64,000 nt of DNA. Origin: Thermodesulfobacteriota bacterium. GTDB lineage: Bacteria > Desulfobacterota_D > UBA1144 > Nemesobacterales > UBA2774. The stretch is taken from positions 2,272,001 through 2,336,000 of the forward strand of contig OZ244197.1 of assembly GCA_965216785.1 (NCBI GenBank), written 5' to 3'. The notes under the pieces are model-generated. The model was given only the letters and a program-made list of their open reading frames with translations, did no database searches and had not been told where the DNA came from. Below are positions 39,007 through 48,242 of the stretch, piece after piece (the first letter of the stretch is position 1; every line of letters begins with the position of its first letter). The translations under genes were made by a program, and so were the position numbers.

Positions 39007-39071
39007 TTATATTGTAGTACTGCACGACTGCATCTTGTGCGAGGGCTTCTTCAAAGATAAACTACGTCACT

Positions 39072-39296
39072 GTGAAATCATTTGAGAAAGCAATGGAAGA
39101 GCTAAGGGAGATAATAGATAAACTAGAGAGCGGCAACCTGCCTCTCGAGGACTCTATCAAGCTCTTTCAAAAAGGCACAAAGCTGATCTCCTACTCCCAC
39201 AAAAAACTTAACGAAATCGAAAAAAAGGTCGAAATACTCATAAAAGACTCAGAAGATGATTTAAAGCTTGAGGATTTCGAGCCTGAAGAAGACTGA
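39072..39296 (+). CDS. xseB: Exodeoxyribonuclease VII small subunit
   Basis: SFEKAMEEL...LESGNLPLEDSIKLFQKG. Confidence 0.92.
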   Translation: MKSFEKAMEELREIIDKLESGNLPLEDSIKLFQKGTKLISYSHKKLNEIEKKVEILIKDSEDDLKLEDFEPEED

Positions 39297-39297
39297 C

Positions 39298-40206
39298 ATG
39301 CCGTTTGATCTGGACACTTACCTAAGCGATAAAAAAAAGCTGGTAGAAGATAAGCTGAACACCTTGCTCAGGAGCCCGGACGCGCCGCTCGGAAATCTTG
39401 AAGAGTCCATACGCTACAGCGCGCTCGCGGGCGGGAAGAGGCTAAGGCCCATACTGGTCATAGCCGCGTGCGAAGCTGTCGGAGGAAGTGCCGGCAAGGT
39501 GCTGCCGATCGCATGCGCCATAGAGATGATCCATACCTACTCTCTTGTTCATGACGATCTCCCCTCTATGGACGACGACGCGCTCCGACGGGGCGTGCCG
39601 ACAAACCACACTATTTTCGGTGAGGCTGCAGCGATACTCGCAGGCGACGCACTGCTTACGGATGCTTTTCACGTAATTGTTAGTGAAGGGCTTTCTTCGG
39701 GCACAGACCCTGCGCTCCTGTGCGAAGTTATCCGCGATATATCTCAAGCGGCGGGCTCACGGGGAATGATAAGGGGTCAGGCAATCGATCTTCAGATCGA
39801 GACGCTCTCTGAGGGAAAGGGCGGCATTTCTCTCCAAGATATAGAGCGCATGCATTCACTCAAAACCGGCGCTCTCCTGGAAGTCTCAGTTACGACAGGG
39901 GCAAAAATCGGAGACGCCGATAAGAAACAGCTCGAGCAGCTAGCGCTTTACGGCCGCTCCATAGGGCTTGCGTTTCAGATTGTCGATGATGTTCTGGATG
40001 TAGTGGGCGGAGGCGATATGGGCAAGGAGACGGGGAACGACGCTAGGAATGATAAATCTACATACGCCCAGATCGCGGGGATCGAGGGTTCTAAGAAAAG
40101 GGCTTCAGAACTTACGCAATCCGCCGTGGACGCTCTTAGGGGATTTGGCGAATCGGCGGAGCCTTTAAAAGAAATAGCTCTTTATCTTGGCTGCAGAAAA
40201 TTCTGA
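39298..40206 (+). CDS. ispA: Polyprenyl (farnesyl/geranylgeranyl) diphosphate synthase
   Basis: GGKRLRP, HDDLPSMDDD, FQIVDD. Confidence 0.9.
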   Translation: MPFDLDTYLSDKKKLVEDKLNTLLRSPDAPLGNLEESIRYSALAGGKRLRPILVIAACEAVGGSAGKVLPIACAIEMIHTYSLVHDDLPSMDDDALRRGVPTNHTIFGEAAAILAGDALLTDAFHVIVSEGLSSGTDPALLCEVIRDISQAAGSRGMIRGQAIDLQIETLSEGKGGISLQDIERMHSLKTGALLEVSVTTGAKIGDADKKQLEQLALYGRSIGLAFQIVDDVLDVVGGGDMGKETGNDARNDKSTYAQIAGIEGSKKRASELTQSAVDALRGFGESAEPLKEIALYLGCRKF

Positions 40207-40216
40207 CTCAATACCC

Positions 40217-40969
40217 ATGCCGGCACAAAAATCCAAAACCAGACTGGACACGCTCCTTGTTGAAAGGGAGCTCGCGCCAACAAGAGCGAAGGCGCGCTCG
40301 CTCATAATGCGGGGGGCCGTGTACGTGGACGGCGAGAGGGTCGATAAAGCGGGTGCGCTCGTTAAGGCAAGCTCCGAAGTCACAGTAAAGGATTCTTCTC
40401 AGAAATACGTAAGCCGCGGAGGCTATAAGCTCGAAGGGGCGCTTTCAGAGTTCGGAATCGACGTCTCAGGCTCTGTCGCCCTTGACGTCGGAGCCTCAAC
40501 AGGAGGGTTTACCGACTGCCTGCTCCAGCGCGGGGTGGCCAGGGTATACGCCGTTGACGTTGGGTACGGCCAGCTTGACTGGAAGCTCAGAAACGATGAG
40601 CGGGTCGCGGTCATAGAAAAACTGAACGCCCGCTATTTAATGCCTGAAGATATTGGAGAGAAGGTGGATATCGCGGTAATAGACGTCTCTTTTATTTCTC
40701 TTACTATGGTTATCCCTCCTCTAAAAAACGTGCTAAAACCCAGGGGGAGGCTGGTCGCTCTCATAAAGCCCCAGTTCGAAGTCGGAAAAGGCCAGGTAGG
40801 CAAGGGCGGTATAGTCAGAGACGAGGCCAAGCATCAGGAGGTTATAGAGAAAATAAGCTCTTTTCTAAACGGTCTCGGGTTCACAGTCACGGGCGTTATA
40901 CCGTCTCCCATCCTCGGCGCCCAGGGTAATAAAGAATTCCTCATCTCAGCGGTGTTAAAGGAAAGTTAG
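40217..40969 (+). CDS. tlyA: TlyA family rRNA 2'-O-methyltransferase
   Basis: S4 domain, YVSRGGYKL, DVGASTGGFTD, LIKPQFE. Confidence 0.93.
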   Translation: MPAQKSKTRLDTLLVERELAPTRAKARSLIMRGAVYVDGERVDKAGALVKASSEVTVKDSSQKYVSRGGYKLEGALSEFGIDVSGSVALDVGASTGGFTDCLLQRGVARVYAVDVGYGQLDWKLRNDERVAVIEKLNARYLMPEDIGEKVDIAVIDVSFISLTMVIPPLKNVLKPRGRLVALIKPQFEVGKGQVGKGGIVRDEAKHQEVIEKISSFLNGLGFTVTGVIPSPILGAQGNKEFLISAVLKES

Positions 40970-41044
40970 GGCCTATAATTACAAGGGAGCAGAGCGAGTG
41001 CCGAATTCTATACATAATCTTGCAGCTTGGTTCATTATGTTTAT

Positions 41045-41072
41045 TTGACAAACCCGGCATTATCAGCACAAT
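41045..41072 (+). promoter_or_regulatory. Putative sigma-70 promoter of rpsT
   Basis: TTGACA-N16-CACAAT. Confidence 0.55.
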
Positions 41073-41104
41073 ATACCGGATAATTTCAGGAGGCAATACA
41101 TTAT

Positions 41105-41374
41105 ATGGCTTTAAGAATAAAATCAGGTCTAAAAAGAAAACGCCAGAACGTAAAGAGACGCGCGCGCAATATGGACATTAAGTCAGATCTCAAGACTCAG
41201 CTCAAGAAGTTTGATGCGGCTCTGGAATCAAACGATCCGGCACAGACCGCGCAGACTCTTAAAGAAACGGAATCAAAGCTCAAAAAGGCAAGCTCAAAAG
41301 GCGTACTGCACAAAAAGACGGCTTCAAGAAAAGTATCCCGTCTGGCAAAAAGGGCCTCACAGGCTTCCAAGTAA
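41105..41374 (+). CDS. rpsT: 30S ribosomal protein S20
   Basis: KSGLKRKRQ...KGVLHKKTASRKVSRL. Confidence 0.95.
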   Translation: MALRIKSGLKRKRQNVKRRARNMDIKSDLKTQLKKFDAALESNDPAQTAQTLKETESKLKKASSKGVLHKKTASRKVSRLAKRASQASK

Positions 41375-41386
41375 CGACTAACCCTT

Positions 41387-42391
41387 CTAGTTTTTACTGC
41401 AAAGTTCCAGCACAAGCTTAGTAAGCGTATGGTTTTTGGGGACGTAGCTCGTCTTAAGCTTCTTATCGCACTGCCCTAGCGCGCTCATTATTCTCACTAT
41501 ATCGCCGTAAGAAAATTTCTTCTGGTCCTCGCTAAGATAATAAAATGCGCCCGAGGACATCTTCATGATTTTCAGCACCTCTGTTTTCGGGACTTTTTTG
41601 TCTATGAGCTCTTTGCATTTCCAAATTTGGCGGAACCGCCAGCTTATTCGGCTCAGCACTGAAAGGGGCTCCTCTCCCCGGGCTTCAAGCTCCGAGAGCA
41701 CTCCGAGCGCCTGACGCTTGTTTTTTTTAGAGATCGCGTTTATAAGAGAGAAGACATCCTCAAAATTGCTCTTTTTTGTAAGGGCCTTTATGTCTGCCTC
41801 GTCTATTCTTTTTTTTCCGGCGCTGTAGAGTGAGAGTTTCGTAAGCTCGTTCTGTATATCCTGAAGGTCTTCTCCCACAAGCGATATTAAGGTTTCCGCG
41901 CCCCGTCTCGTAAGGTCATATCCCAGCGCGCCTGCAAGAGCCATCGTAGAGCTGAGCGTGTTGCCCTTATCGAGCGAGAAGTCAAAGCTCAAAACGCCCT
42001 TTTTACTCTTCAGCTTTGGTTTTTTGCCGTCAGAGAATACGAGCGCTAGACATGTGGATTCAGAGGGCGAGCCTATATAGGCGTCAAGAATCTCAAGGTC
42101 GGCCGCTTTTAATTTCTCAGCGTTTTTCACAACAACTAGCTTTCTCTTGGAGAACATAGGGTACGTGCTTGCAGTGTCCGCTATCTCTTTGCCCGTTACC
42201 GCGTCCCCGTGAAAAACTACATAGTTAATGTCTTCGGTAGGTTCAAGGGTCATCTCTTTTAGCGTAGATACAGCCTTTTCAATAAGATAAATTTGATCCC
42301 CGGTAAACACATATACAGGGCCGATAGCGCCTTGCTTAATATGGTCGTCAAATTTACTGACTGTATCTTTTTTAGCTCTTCTTTGCGCCAT
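41387..42391 (-). CDS. holA: DNA polymerase III delta subunit
   Basis: PVYVFTGD, PMFSKRKLVVVK, NELTKL; convergent with rpsT; start set at ATG 42391. Confidence 0.88.
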   Translation of the reverse strand: MAQRRAKKDTVSKFDDHIKQGAIGPVYVFTGDQIYLIEKAVSTLKEMTLEPTEDINYVVFHGDAVTGKEIADTASTYPMFSKRKLVVVKNAEKLKAADLEILDAYIGSPSESTCLALVFSDGKKPKLKSKKGVLSFDFSLDKGNTLSSTMALAGALGYDLTRRGAETLISLVGEDLQDIQNELTKLSLYSAGKKRIDEADIKALTKKSNFEDVFSLINAISKKNKRQALGVLSELEARGEEPLSVLSRISWRFRQIWKCKELIDKKVPKTEVLKIMKMSSGAFYYLSEDQKKFSYGDIVRIMSALGQCDKKLKTSYVPKNHTLTKLVLELCSKN

Positions 42392-42523
42392 GTGGATTCT
42401 GTCCTTATTTAAAGCTCTAGGTGGATTATATGCAAGCAGGTGAGTTAAGACAAGGGGTGTTAGTAAAGACGCCTCGCACAAGGCTCGAAAAGCCCACGGG
42501 GCCCGGTTAATATAAATACTGTC

Positions 42524-43234
42524 ATGAATAAGCCGCCCCATGAGATCGAAGTTATATGCCAAGGCACAGTGCGTTACAGCGACGGACTCAAGCTCCAGGA
42601 AAGCTATATAGAGAAAGTAAAGGGCGGCGCCCCCGGCTATCTAATTATGCTTGAGCACCATCCCGTCATTACAAACGGCAGGTTCGCGGGAGATGGAAAT
42701 TTCTCTGTAACTAAAAAGCTTCTTGAAGAAAGGGGAGTAGAAGTGCACAGGACGGACAGGGGAGGGGATCTTACCTACCATGGTCCGGGGCAGTTTGTCG
42801 CCTATCCCATCATCCCCCTCAGGCGCTACAAGCTCCGTCCGAGGGACTATATTCACCTGCTTGAGGAATCCCTCATAAAGACCCTGCGTGCCTGCAGCAT
42901 CAACTCGGAAAGAAAGTCCGGTTATCCCGGGGTATGGGTGCAAGTAAGCTCTGGGACAGGCTCTGCCAAGATCGCGTCCATTGGGGTGAGCGTAAAAAAC
43001 GGTATAACCTCACACGGCTGCGCTCTGAATGTAAATACGGACCTGTCCTATTTTTCACTCATTGTTCCGTGCGGTATTCCGGATGTCGAGATCACGTCCA
43101 TGAGCAAGCTTCTCGGAAAGGAAGTAGAAATAGATAAAGTCGGTCAGACCTTCGCGCGCGAATTTACGGGCCTTCTTTATTCAAAGGCAGGGTCTCTTGG
43201 CACTTCACAAGAGCGGCTCGCCGCCGGGGCCTAG
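42524..43234 (+). CDS. lipB: Lipoyl(octanoyl) transferase
   Basis: [30 protein letters not shown]. Confidence 0.93.
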   Translation: MNKPPHEIEVICQGTVRYSDGLKLQESYIEKVKGGAPGYLIMLEHHPVITNGRFAGDGNFSVTKKLLEERGVEVHRTDRGGDLTYHGPGQFVAYPIIPLRRYKLRPRDYIHLLEESLIKTLRACSINSERKSGYPGVWVQVSSGTGSAKIASIGVSVKNGITSHGCALNVNTDLSYFSLIVPCGIPDVEITSMSKLLGKEVEIDKVGQTFAREFTGLLYSKAGSLGTSQERLAAGA

Positions 43235-43653
43235 GAAGCCCCCGTCAGCTCAAGAGCGTTAAAGAAGTAATTTATCTCGTACTCAGCGGACTCAGGCGAA
43301 TCTGAACCGTGAACAGTATTTTCTTCGATGTTGCTGGCAAAATCCTTTCTGATTGTGCCCTCAGCGGCTTCTTCAGGGTTTGTAGCGCCCATGATCTCTC
43401 TTACTTTCGCTATCGCGTTCTCACCCTCCAGCGCCATGACCACAATCGGCCCCCTGCTCATAAAGTCGGTAAGGCTGCTGAAAAAGGGTCTTTCTTTATG
43501 CACTGCGTAAAACCCCTCAGCGTCCTCTTTAGTAAGCTTGACCATCTTAAGGGCTATTACGTTAATTCCGTTCTTCTCAAACCTGCCGACCACTTCCCCG
43601 ATCACGTTTTTCTCTGTTCCGTCCGGTTTTACTATTGATAAAGTGCGTTCCAA
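43231..43653 (-). CDS. ndk: Nucleoside diphosphate kinase
   Basis: [18 protein letters not shown]. Confidence 0.96.
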   Translation of the reverse strand: MERTLSIVKPDGTEKNVIGEVVGRFEKNGINVIALKMVKLTKEDAEGFYAVHKERPFFSSLTDFMSRGPIVVMALEGENAIAKVREIMGATNPEEAAEGTIRKDFASNIEENTVHGSDSPESAEYEINYFFNALELTGAS

Positions 43654-43890
43654 AGCTCTTCCTCCGTCATATTTTTCCCTTTATTCTTTCAGCATTTCCC
43701 GCTTTGTCAAATCACTATTCAAAACAAGGCCGTTTCAGTCCCATTATTTACAAATTAATTTGCCGGTTTTGTATCGAGAGCGCTGTAAATATATTCATAT
43801 ACTCTATCCAGAGTGGTTTATTCCGGGTAAATTGTTATGAATTTATCAGCCGGATATAAATAATTTATACAGCGGAAGGGATGTTTAATA

Positions 43891-44172
43891 ATGAGTGAGA
43901 AGAAAAGCAAAAAGGGTGATGTAGAGGTAAAACCCCAAAGCGCGCCCAGAAGACTCTGGGAATGGTGGAAAAGGGTAGCCAGAAAGATAGGCGACTTCAA
44001 CGCAAGGGTCATACTTACCATATTTTACTGTATACTTTTAATGCCTTTCGCCCTTATGGTGAGGTTGTTAACAGACCCGCTCAGGATTAAACCGAAAACA
44101 GAGAAAAGATGGCTTCAGAGGGAAGCAGAAAAGGATGGAGACCCTTTGGAAAAGGCGGCCAGACAGTTCTAG
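43891..44172 (+). CDS. Small membrane protein, SxtJ C-terminal-like
   Basis: W...IGDFNARVILTIFY...DPLRIK...W...RQF pattern next to carbamoyltransferase. Confidence 0.7.
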   Translation: MSEKKSKKGDVEVKPQSAPRRLWEWWKRVARKIGDFNARVILTIFYCILLMPFALMVRLLTDPLRIKPKTEKRWLQREAEKDGDPLEKAARQF

Positions 44173-44231
44173 GATATAAACCATATCGCCTAGCGGATTA
44201 CATTTATGATTAAGATTAGGAGCATTCTTTA

Positions 44232-46025
44232 ATGTATATACTTGGTATATCTTGTTACTTTCACGATGCCGCGGCGGCTCTGCTAAAAGACGGAGTTCTC
44301 GTAGCGGCGGCAGAGGAAGAGCGGTTCACGCGCATAAAGCATGACTACGAATTCCCTGAAAAGGCCATCCAGTTCTGCCTTGATTTAGAAGGGATAGAGG
44401 CAGGGGATGTAGACTATATAATGTTCTTTGAAAAGCCTTTCGTGAAATTTGAAAGGCTCCTTCTATGCACCATGCAGACGTTCCCCCGCTCGATGAAGCT
44501 TTTCCGCGAGGCCATGGTTACGTGGCTAGGGGATAAGCTCTGGGTCAAGCACCTGCTTCAGAATAAGCTTGGCGTGTCGTCCGAAAAAATCCTATTCAGC
44601 GAGCACCATCTCTCTCACGCCGCAAGCAGCTTTTATTGCTCGCCGTTTGAGGAATCGGCCATACTTACGGTGGACGGTGTCGGCGAATGGACCACGGCGG
44701 CGCTGGGTGTGGGCAAGGGGACCGATATTAAGCTGATTAAGGAGATAAAATTCCCTCATTCTCTCGGGCTTCTGTACAGCGCTTTTACGGCGTTTCTGGG
44801 GTTTGAGGTGAACGAGGGTGAGTACAAGGTCATGGGAATGGCTCCGTTCGGAGTACCAAAATACGTAGACAGAGTGTACGAGACCGTAATGGTAGACGAC
44901 GAGGGAGGGTTTGAGCTCGATATGGACCTCTTCTCGTTTCATTACTCATCTGAAAAGACTTTTAATAAAAATTTCGAGAAAATATTCGGAGACCCAAGGG
45001 AGCCGGGACTTAATTTCTTCACTGCCGAGAGCGGTTTTCCCTCGTATTTTGGCGAAAAGCCGTCCAACTTCGACGAGATTGCGCGCCAAAACCAGTACTA
45101 CGCGGACATTGCGGCCAGCATCCAGGTGGTGACTGAGGAAATAATGGTCAAGATGGCCAACTACGCGCACCGCGAAACAGGGCTCACAAACCTCTGTATG
45201 GCCGGGGGCTGCGCTCTTAACAGTGTCGCTAACAGACGAATTCTTAAAGAAACACCTTTTGAAGAGATATACATTCACCCCGCTGCCGGGGACGGCGGTG
45301 CCGCTGTAGGCGCCGCGCTCTACGGCTATCATGGTCTCCTTGGCAAACCCAGAAACTTCGTCATGGAGCACGCATACTGGGGTCAGGAGCACTCAAACGA
45401 AGATTCACTCGCTTTCCTTAAGGAAAACGACATACCTTATGAGTTCATCGAGGATGAAGACAAGCTAATTGCGCGCGTCACCGAAGGCCTGCTAGAGGGC
45501 AAGGTCGTGGGATGGCATCAGGGCCGTTTCGAATGGGGCCCGAGGGCGCTCGGCAACAGGAGCATCATCGCCGACCCCGGACGCACGGATATGAAAGACA
45601 TAGTTAACGTAAAGATAAAATTCCGCGAGCCGTTCAGACCCTTTGCTCCTTCCATACTAGCGGACAAGGCCTCTGAGTACTTTGACCTTGAAAACCCGGA
45701 AAAGCACTATCCCGCTCGTTTCATGCTCTACGTTACGGACGTAAAGGAAGATAAACGGGAGAAACTGCCGGCCATCACGCACGTTGACGGCACAGGACGT
45801 CTTCAGACTGTTTTTAAGGACTTAAACCCCAAATACTACAAGCTCATACAGTCCATGGGTGAAGCCACCGGTATACCGGTAGTTTTGAACACCTCTTTTA
45901 ACCTAAAGGGCGAGCCGATCGTGAACACCCCGGAAGAAGCGTTTAACTCATTTAACGCGAGCGGCATGGACTTACTCGTATTAGGCAATTATATTGTTGA
46001 TAAAGCAAAGCTCGGAAACTCCTGA
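44232..46025 (+). CDS. O-carbamoyltransferase (NodU/CmcH/SxtI family)
   Basis: ILGISCYFHD, EEERFTR, HHLSHAAS, GPRALGNRS, KFREPFRPFAP, NTSFN. Confidence 0.93.
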   Translation: MYILGISCYFHDAAAALLKDGVLVAAAEEERFTRIKHDYEFPEKAIQFCLDLEGIEAGDVDYIMFFEKPFVKFERLLLCTMQTFPRSMKLFREAMVTWLGDKLWVKHLLQNKLGVSSEKILFSEHHLSHAASSFYCSPFEESAILTVDGVGEWTTAALGVGKGTDIKLIKEIKFPHSLGLLYSAFTAFLGFEVNEGEYKVMGMAPFGVPKYVDRVYETVMVDDEGGFELDMDLFSFHYSSEKTFNKNFEKIFGDPREPGLNFFTAESGFPSYFGEKPSNFDEIARQNQYYADIAASIQVVTEEIMVKMANYAHRETGLTNLCMAGGCALNSVANRRILKETPFEEIYIHPAAGDGGAAVGAALYGYHGLLGKPRNFVMEHAYWGQEHSNEDSLAFLKENDIPYEFIEDEDKLIARVTEGLLEGKVVGWHQGRFEWGPRALGNRSIIADPGRTDMKDIVNVKIKFREPFRPFAPSILADKASEYFDLENPEKHYPARFMLYVTDVKEDKREKLPAITHVDGTGRLQTVFKDLNPKYYKLIQSMGEATGIPVVLNTSFNLKGEPIVNTPEEAFNSFNASGMDLLVLGNYIVDKAKLGNS

Positions 46026-46072
46026 CTTTAAAATTGAATCAAATAGCTGTATATTACTGTGAGGATAATTAA

Positions 46073-46252
46073 ATGGCATTCCTAAAAGGACTAACAAACA
46101 GGCTCGGCATCGTAGGGGAGCTGCTCTCGTTCTTTATTACGAACAAGTGGTGGTGGATTACCCCTATGCTGATCATACTTCTGCTCTTCGGACTTCTCAT
46201 AGTCTTTGCGCAGAGCTCAGCCGTGGCCCCGTTCATTTACACACTCTTTTAA
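46073..46252 (+). CDS. DUF5989 / SxtK-like small membrane protein (not in ORF track)
   Basis: MAFLKGLTNRLGIVGELLSFFITNKWWWITPMLIILLLFGLLIVFAQSSAVAPFIYTLF*; SD GAGGA. Confidence 0.85.
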   Translation: MAFLKGLTNRLGIVGELLSFFITNKWWWITPMLIILLLFGLLIVFAQSSAVAPFIYTLF

Positions 46253-46300
46253 ATCTTAAGAGCACAGCAAGGTATTCTACAGACTGTGCGCTAAAGGATT

Positions 46301-47176
46301 ATGGCTAAGGTTGCGATCATAGGAAGCGGGGGGCAGTTAGGCTCCGATCTTGCCCGCGCGCTATCGCAGGATACGGGGATTGACCTGCATCTTCTCGATC
46401 ACTCGAGCGTTGAGTGCTCCGACAGGCTCTCTGTGGAAAAAGCGCTTTTCAGCATACGTCCCGAAGTGGTCATAAACTGCGCCGCCTTCGTAAGGGTGGA
46501 CGACTGTGAAGGTATGGCTGAGAGGGCTTTCTCCGTGAACGCCCACGGCGCGGGATATGTAGCGCAGGCCTGCGCCGGTCTTGACGCTACGGTGGTTTAC
46601 ATAAGCACCGATTACGTATTTGACGGCAGGAAAAATACTCCTTACAAAGAAGAAGATAAAACAAACCCTTTAAACGTGTACGGTGAGTCAAAGCTCCAAG
46701 GAGAAAAGCTGGTCAGTGAGAATTGCGCGAGGCACTTCATTGTCAGGACCTCCGGGCTTTACGGCCATAGGCAGAGCGGTAAAGGGGGCGTTGCTGCAAA
46801 CTTTGTCGAGACCATGCTCAAGCTTGCAGAGAATGGAAAGTCGATTCGAGTTGTTGATGACCAGGTTATCACTCCAACTTTTACAAAAGACCTTGCGGGT
46901 GCTATAGCCGGACTTATACGAACCGATCAATACGGCACGTACCACGTTACCAATTCGGGCCAGTGCTCTTGGTTTGAGTTCGGAAAAGCGGTGTTTGAGC
47001 TATCCGGACTAAGTCCCGATTACGGCCCCATCTCCTCAGAAGAATACGGCGCTAAGGCAAATAGGCCCGGGTACTCAGTATTAGATAACACCCGTTTTAA
47101 TAGTCTTGGCGCAATACCTTTGAGAGCGTGGGAAGAAGCATTAAAACAATACTTAGAGCTCAGAGAACGACCCTAA
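46301..47176 (+). CDS. rfbD: dTDP-4-dehydrorhamnose reductase
   Basis: GSGGQLG, ISTDYVFDG, YGESKLQGE. Confidence 0.92.
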   Translation: MAKVAIIGSGGQLGSDLARALSQDTGIDLHLLDHSSVECSDRLSVEKALFSIRPEVVINCAAFVRVDDCEGMAERAFSVNAHGAGYVAQACAGLDATVVYISTDYVFDGRKNTPYKEEDKTNPLNVYGESKLQGEKLVSENCARHFIVRTSGLYGHRQSGKGGVAANFVETMLKLAENGKSIRVVDDQVITPTFTKDLAGAIAGLIRTDQYGTYHVTNSGQCSWFEFGKAVFELSGLSPDYGPISSEEYGAKANRPGYSVLDNTRFNSLGAIPLRAWEEALKQYLELRERP

Positions 47177-47267
47177 ATGATTGACCTTTCCGAATTTTCA
47201 CATAAACTTCTCGCCACTTCTAGTTAAAAATCCAAAAATACATTTTTTTGTAAGAGGGAGATTAGTA

Positions 47268-47867
47268 ATGGAAAGATTTGTCATACCCCACGATCATGAG
47301 ATCACAAAAGAGGACAGGCGCAGGCTTAACGGCCACGGCTCGCTCATCCTCTGGTTCACAGGGCTTCCGAGCTCAGGTAAATCCACAATCGCGAACGAAG
47401 TAGAGAAAAGACTCATAGCCTCGGGAATAAGGACCTACATCCTGGACGGCGACAACGTCAGGATGGGCCTGTGCAAAGACCTCGGTTTCTCAGAAGAGGA
47501 CAGGGCAGAGAACATCCGCCGCATAGGCGAAGTGTCAAAACTTTTCGCTGACGCGGGATGCGTTACACTGTCCGCTTTCGTCTCACCTTACAGGCGCGAC
47601 CGCGACGCCATAAGGGAAATTGTAGAAGACGGGGAGTTTGTAGAAGTGTTCGTAGATGCTCCTGTAGAAGTTTGCGAGGAGCGCGATGTAAAGGGACTGT
47701 ACAAAAAAGCCCGCGAGGGTGTTATCAAAGGCTTTACAGGTATTGATGACCCATATGAAGAGCCGCAAAACCCTGAAATCACCATTCACACCGACAAAAG
47801 CTCTCTTGAAGAGGGAGTTCAGTTGGTCATAGACTATCTCGTCGAGAGAAAAGTCGTCGATTTATAA
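47268..47867 (+). CDS. cysC: Adenylyl-sulfate kinase
   Basis: WFTGLPSSGKST, LDGDNVR, RDVKGLY. Confidence 0.94.
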   Translation: MERFVIPHDHEITKEDRRRLNGHGSLILWFTGLPSSGKSTIANEVEKRLIASGIRTYILDGDNVRMGLCKDLGFSEEDRAENIRRIGEVSKLFADAGCVTLSAFVSPYRRDRDAIREIVEDGEFVEVFVDAPVEVCEERDVKGLYKKAREGVIKGFTGIDDPYEEPQNPEITIHTDKSSLEEGVQLVIDYLVERKVVDL

Positions 47868-47878
47868 TATTAGAAATC

Positions 47879-47946
47879 ACGGGCTTCTCCACTGAGATCG
47901 TTTTCCGTAAGTTCCCGATTAACGATCCACGGCGGAGAATGCCCGT
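47879..47946. other. Long imperfect intergenic hairpin
   Basis: ACGGGC/GCCCGT, TTCTCC/GGAGAA and GATCGTT/AACGATC nested stems. Confidence 0.5.
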
Positions 47947-48242
47947 TCTTATACCCAAACTTTCCTGACGAACCATCCACTTAGTATTAAATAGTTCTTG
48001 CAAAAATAGTTAGTTGTTTTAAAATGTTTATAAGTGACAGGTTTAACTAATAAAAGAGAAGCAGAGCCTGGATAGCTTGTACAGCTTTCCCAATAACTCA
48101 ACGGTTACCGCGTTGCATATACAGTTAGCCGCATAGCCCTGAGAAGCAATTTGTTATGGGAAATATTATACTGTTGAGAAAAAATCTCTAAGTAGTTAGT
48201 GGGAGTTGTATTTTCTAACAGTTAATGCTCTAATACAAAGGC

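Noticed and set aside
42392-42562. N-terminal extensions in the ORF track for holA (also ppk2, cysC, 3711, 37309, 57996)
   Set aside because: Extensions are not protein-like and overlap promoters, repeats or divergent genes; downstream starts fit family length
43891-47867. Saxitoxin biosynthetic cluster
   Set aside because: Only sxtIJK-like genes and an APS kinase; no sxtA/sxtG-like core genes; context is glycan biosynthesis
47879-47946. SRP RNA, 6S RNA or attC identity for the long hairpin
   Set aside because: Lacks the SRP domain IV motif, is too short for 6S and has no RYYYAAC/GTTRRRY ends
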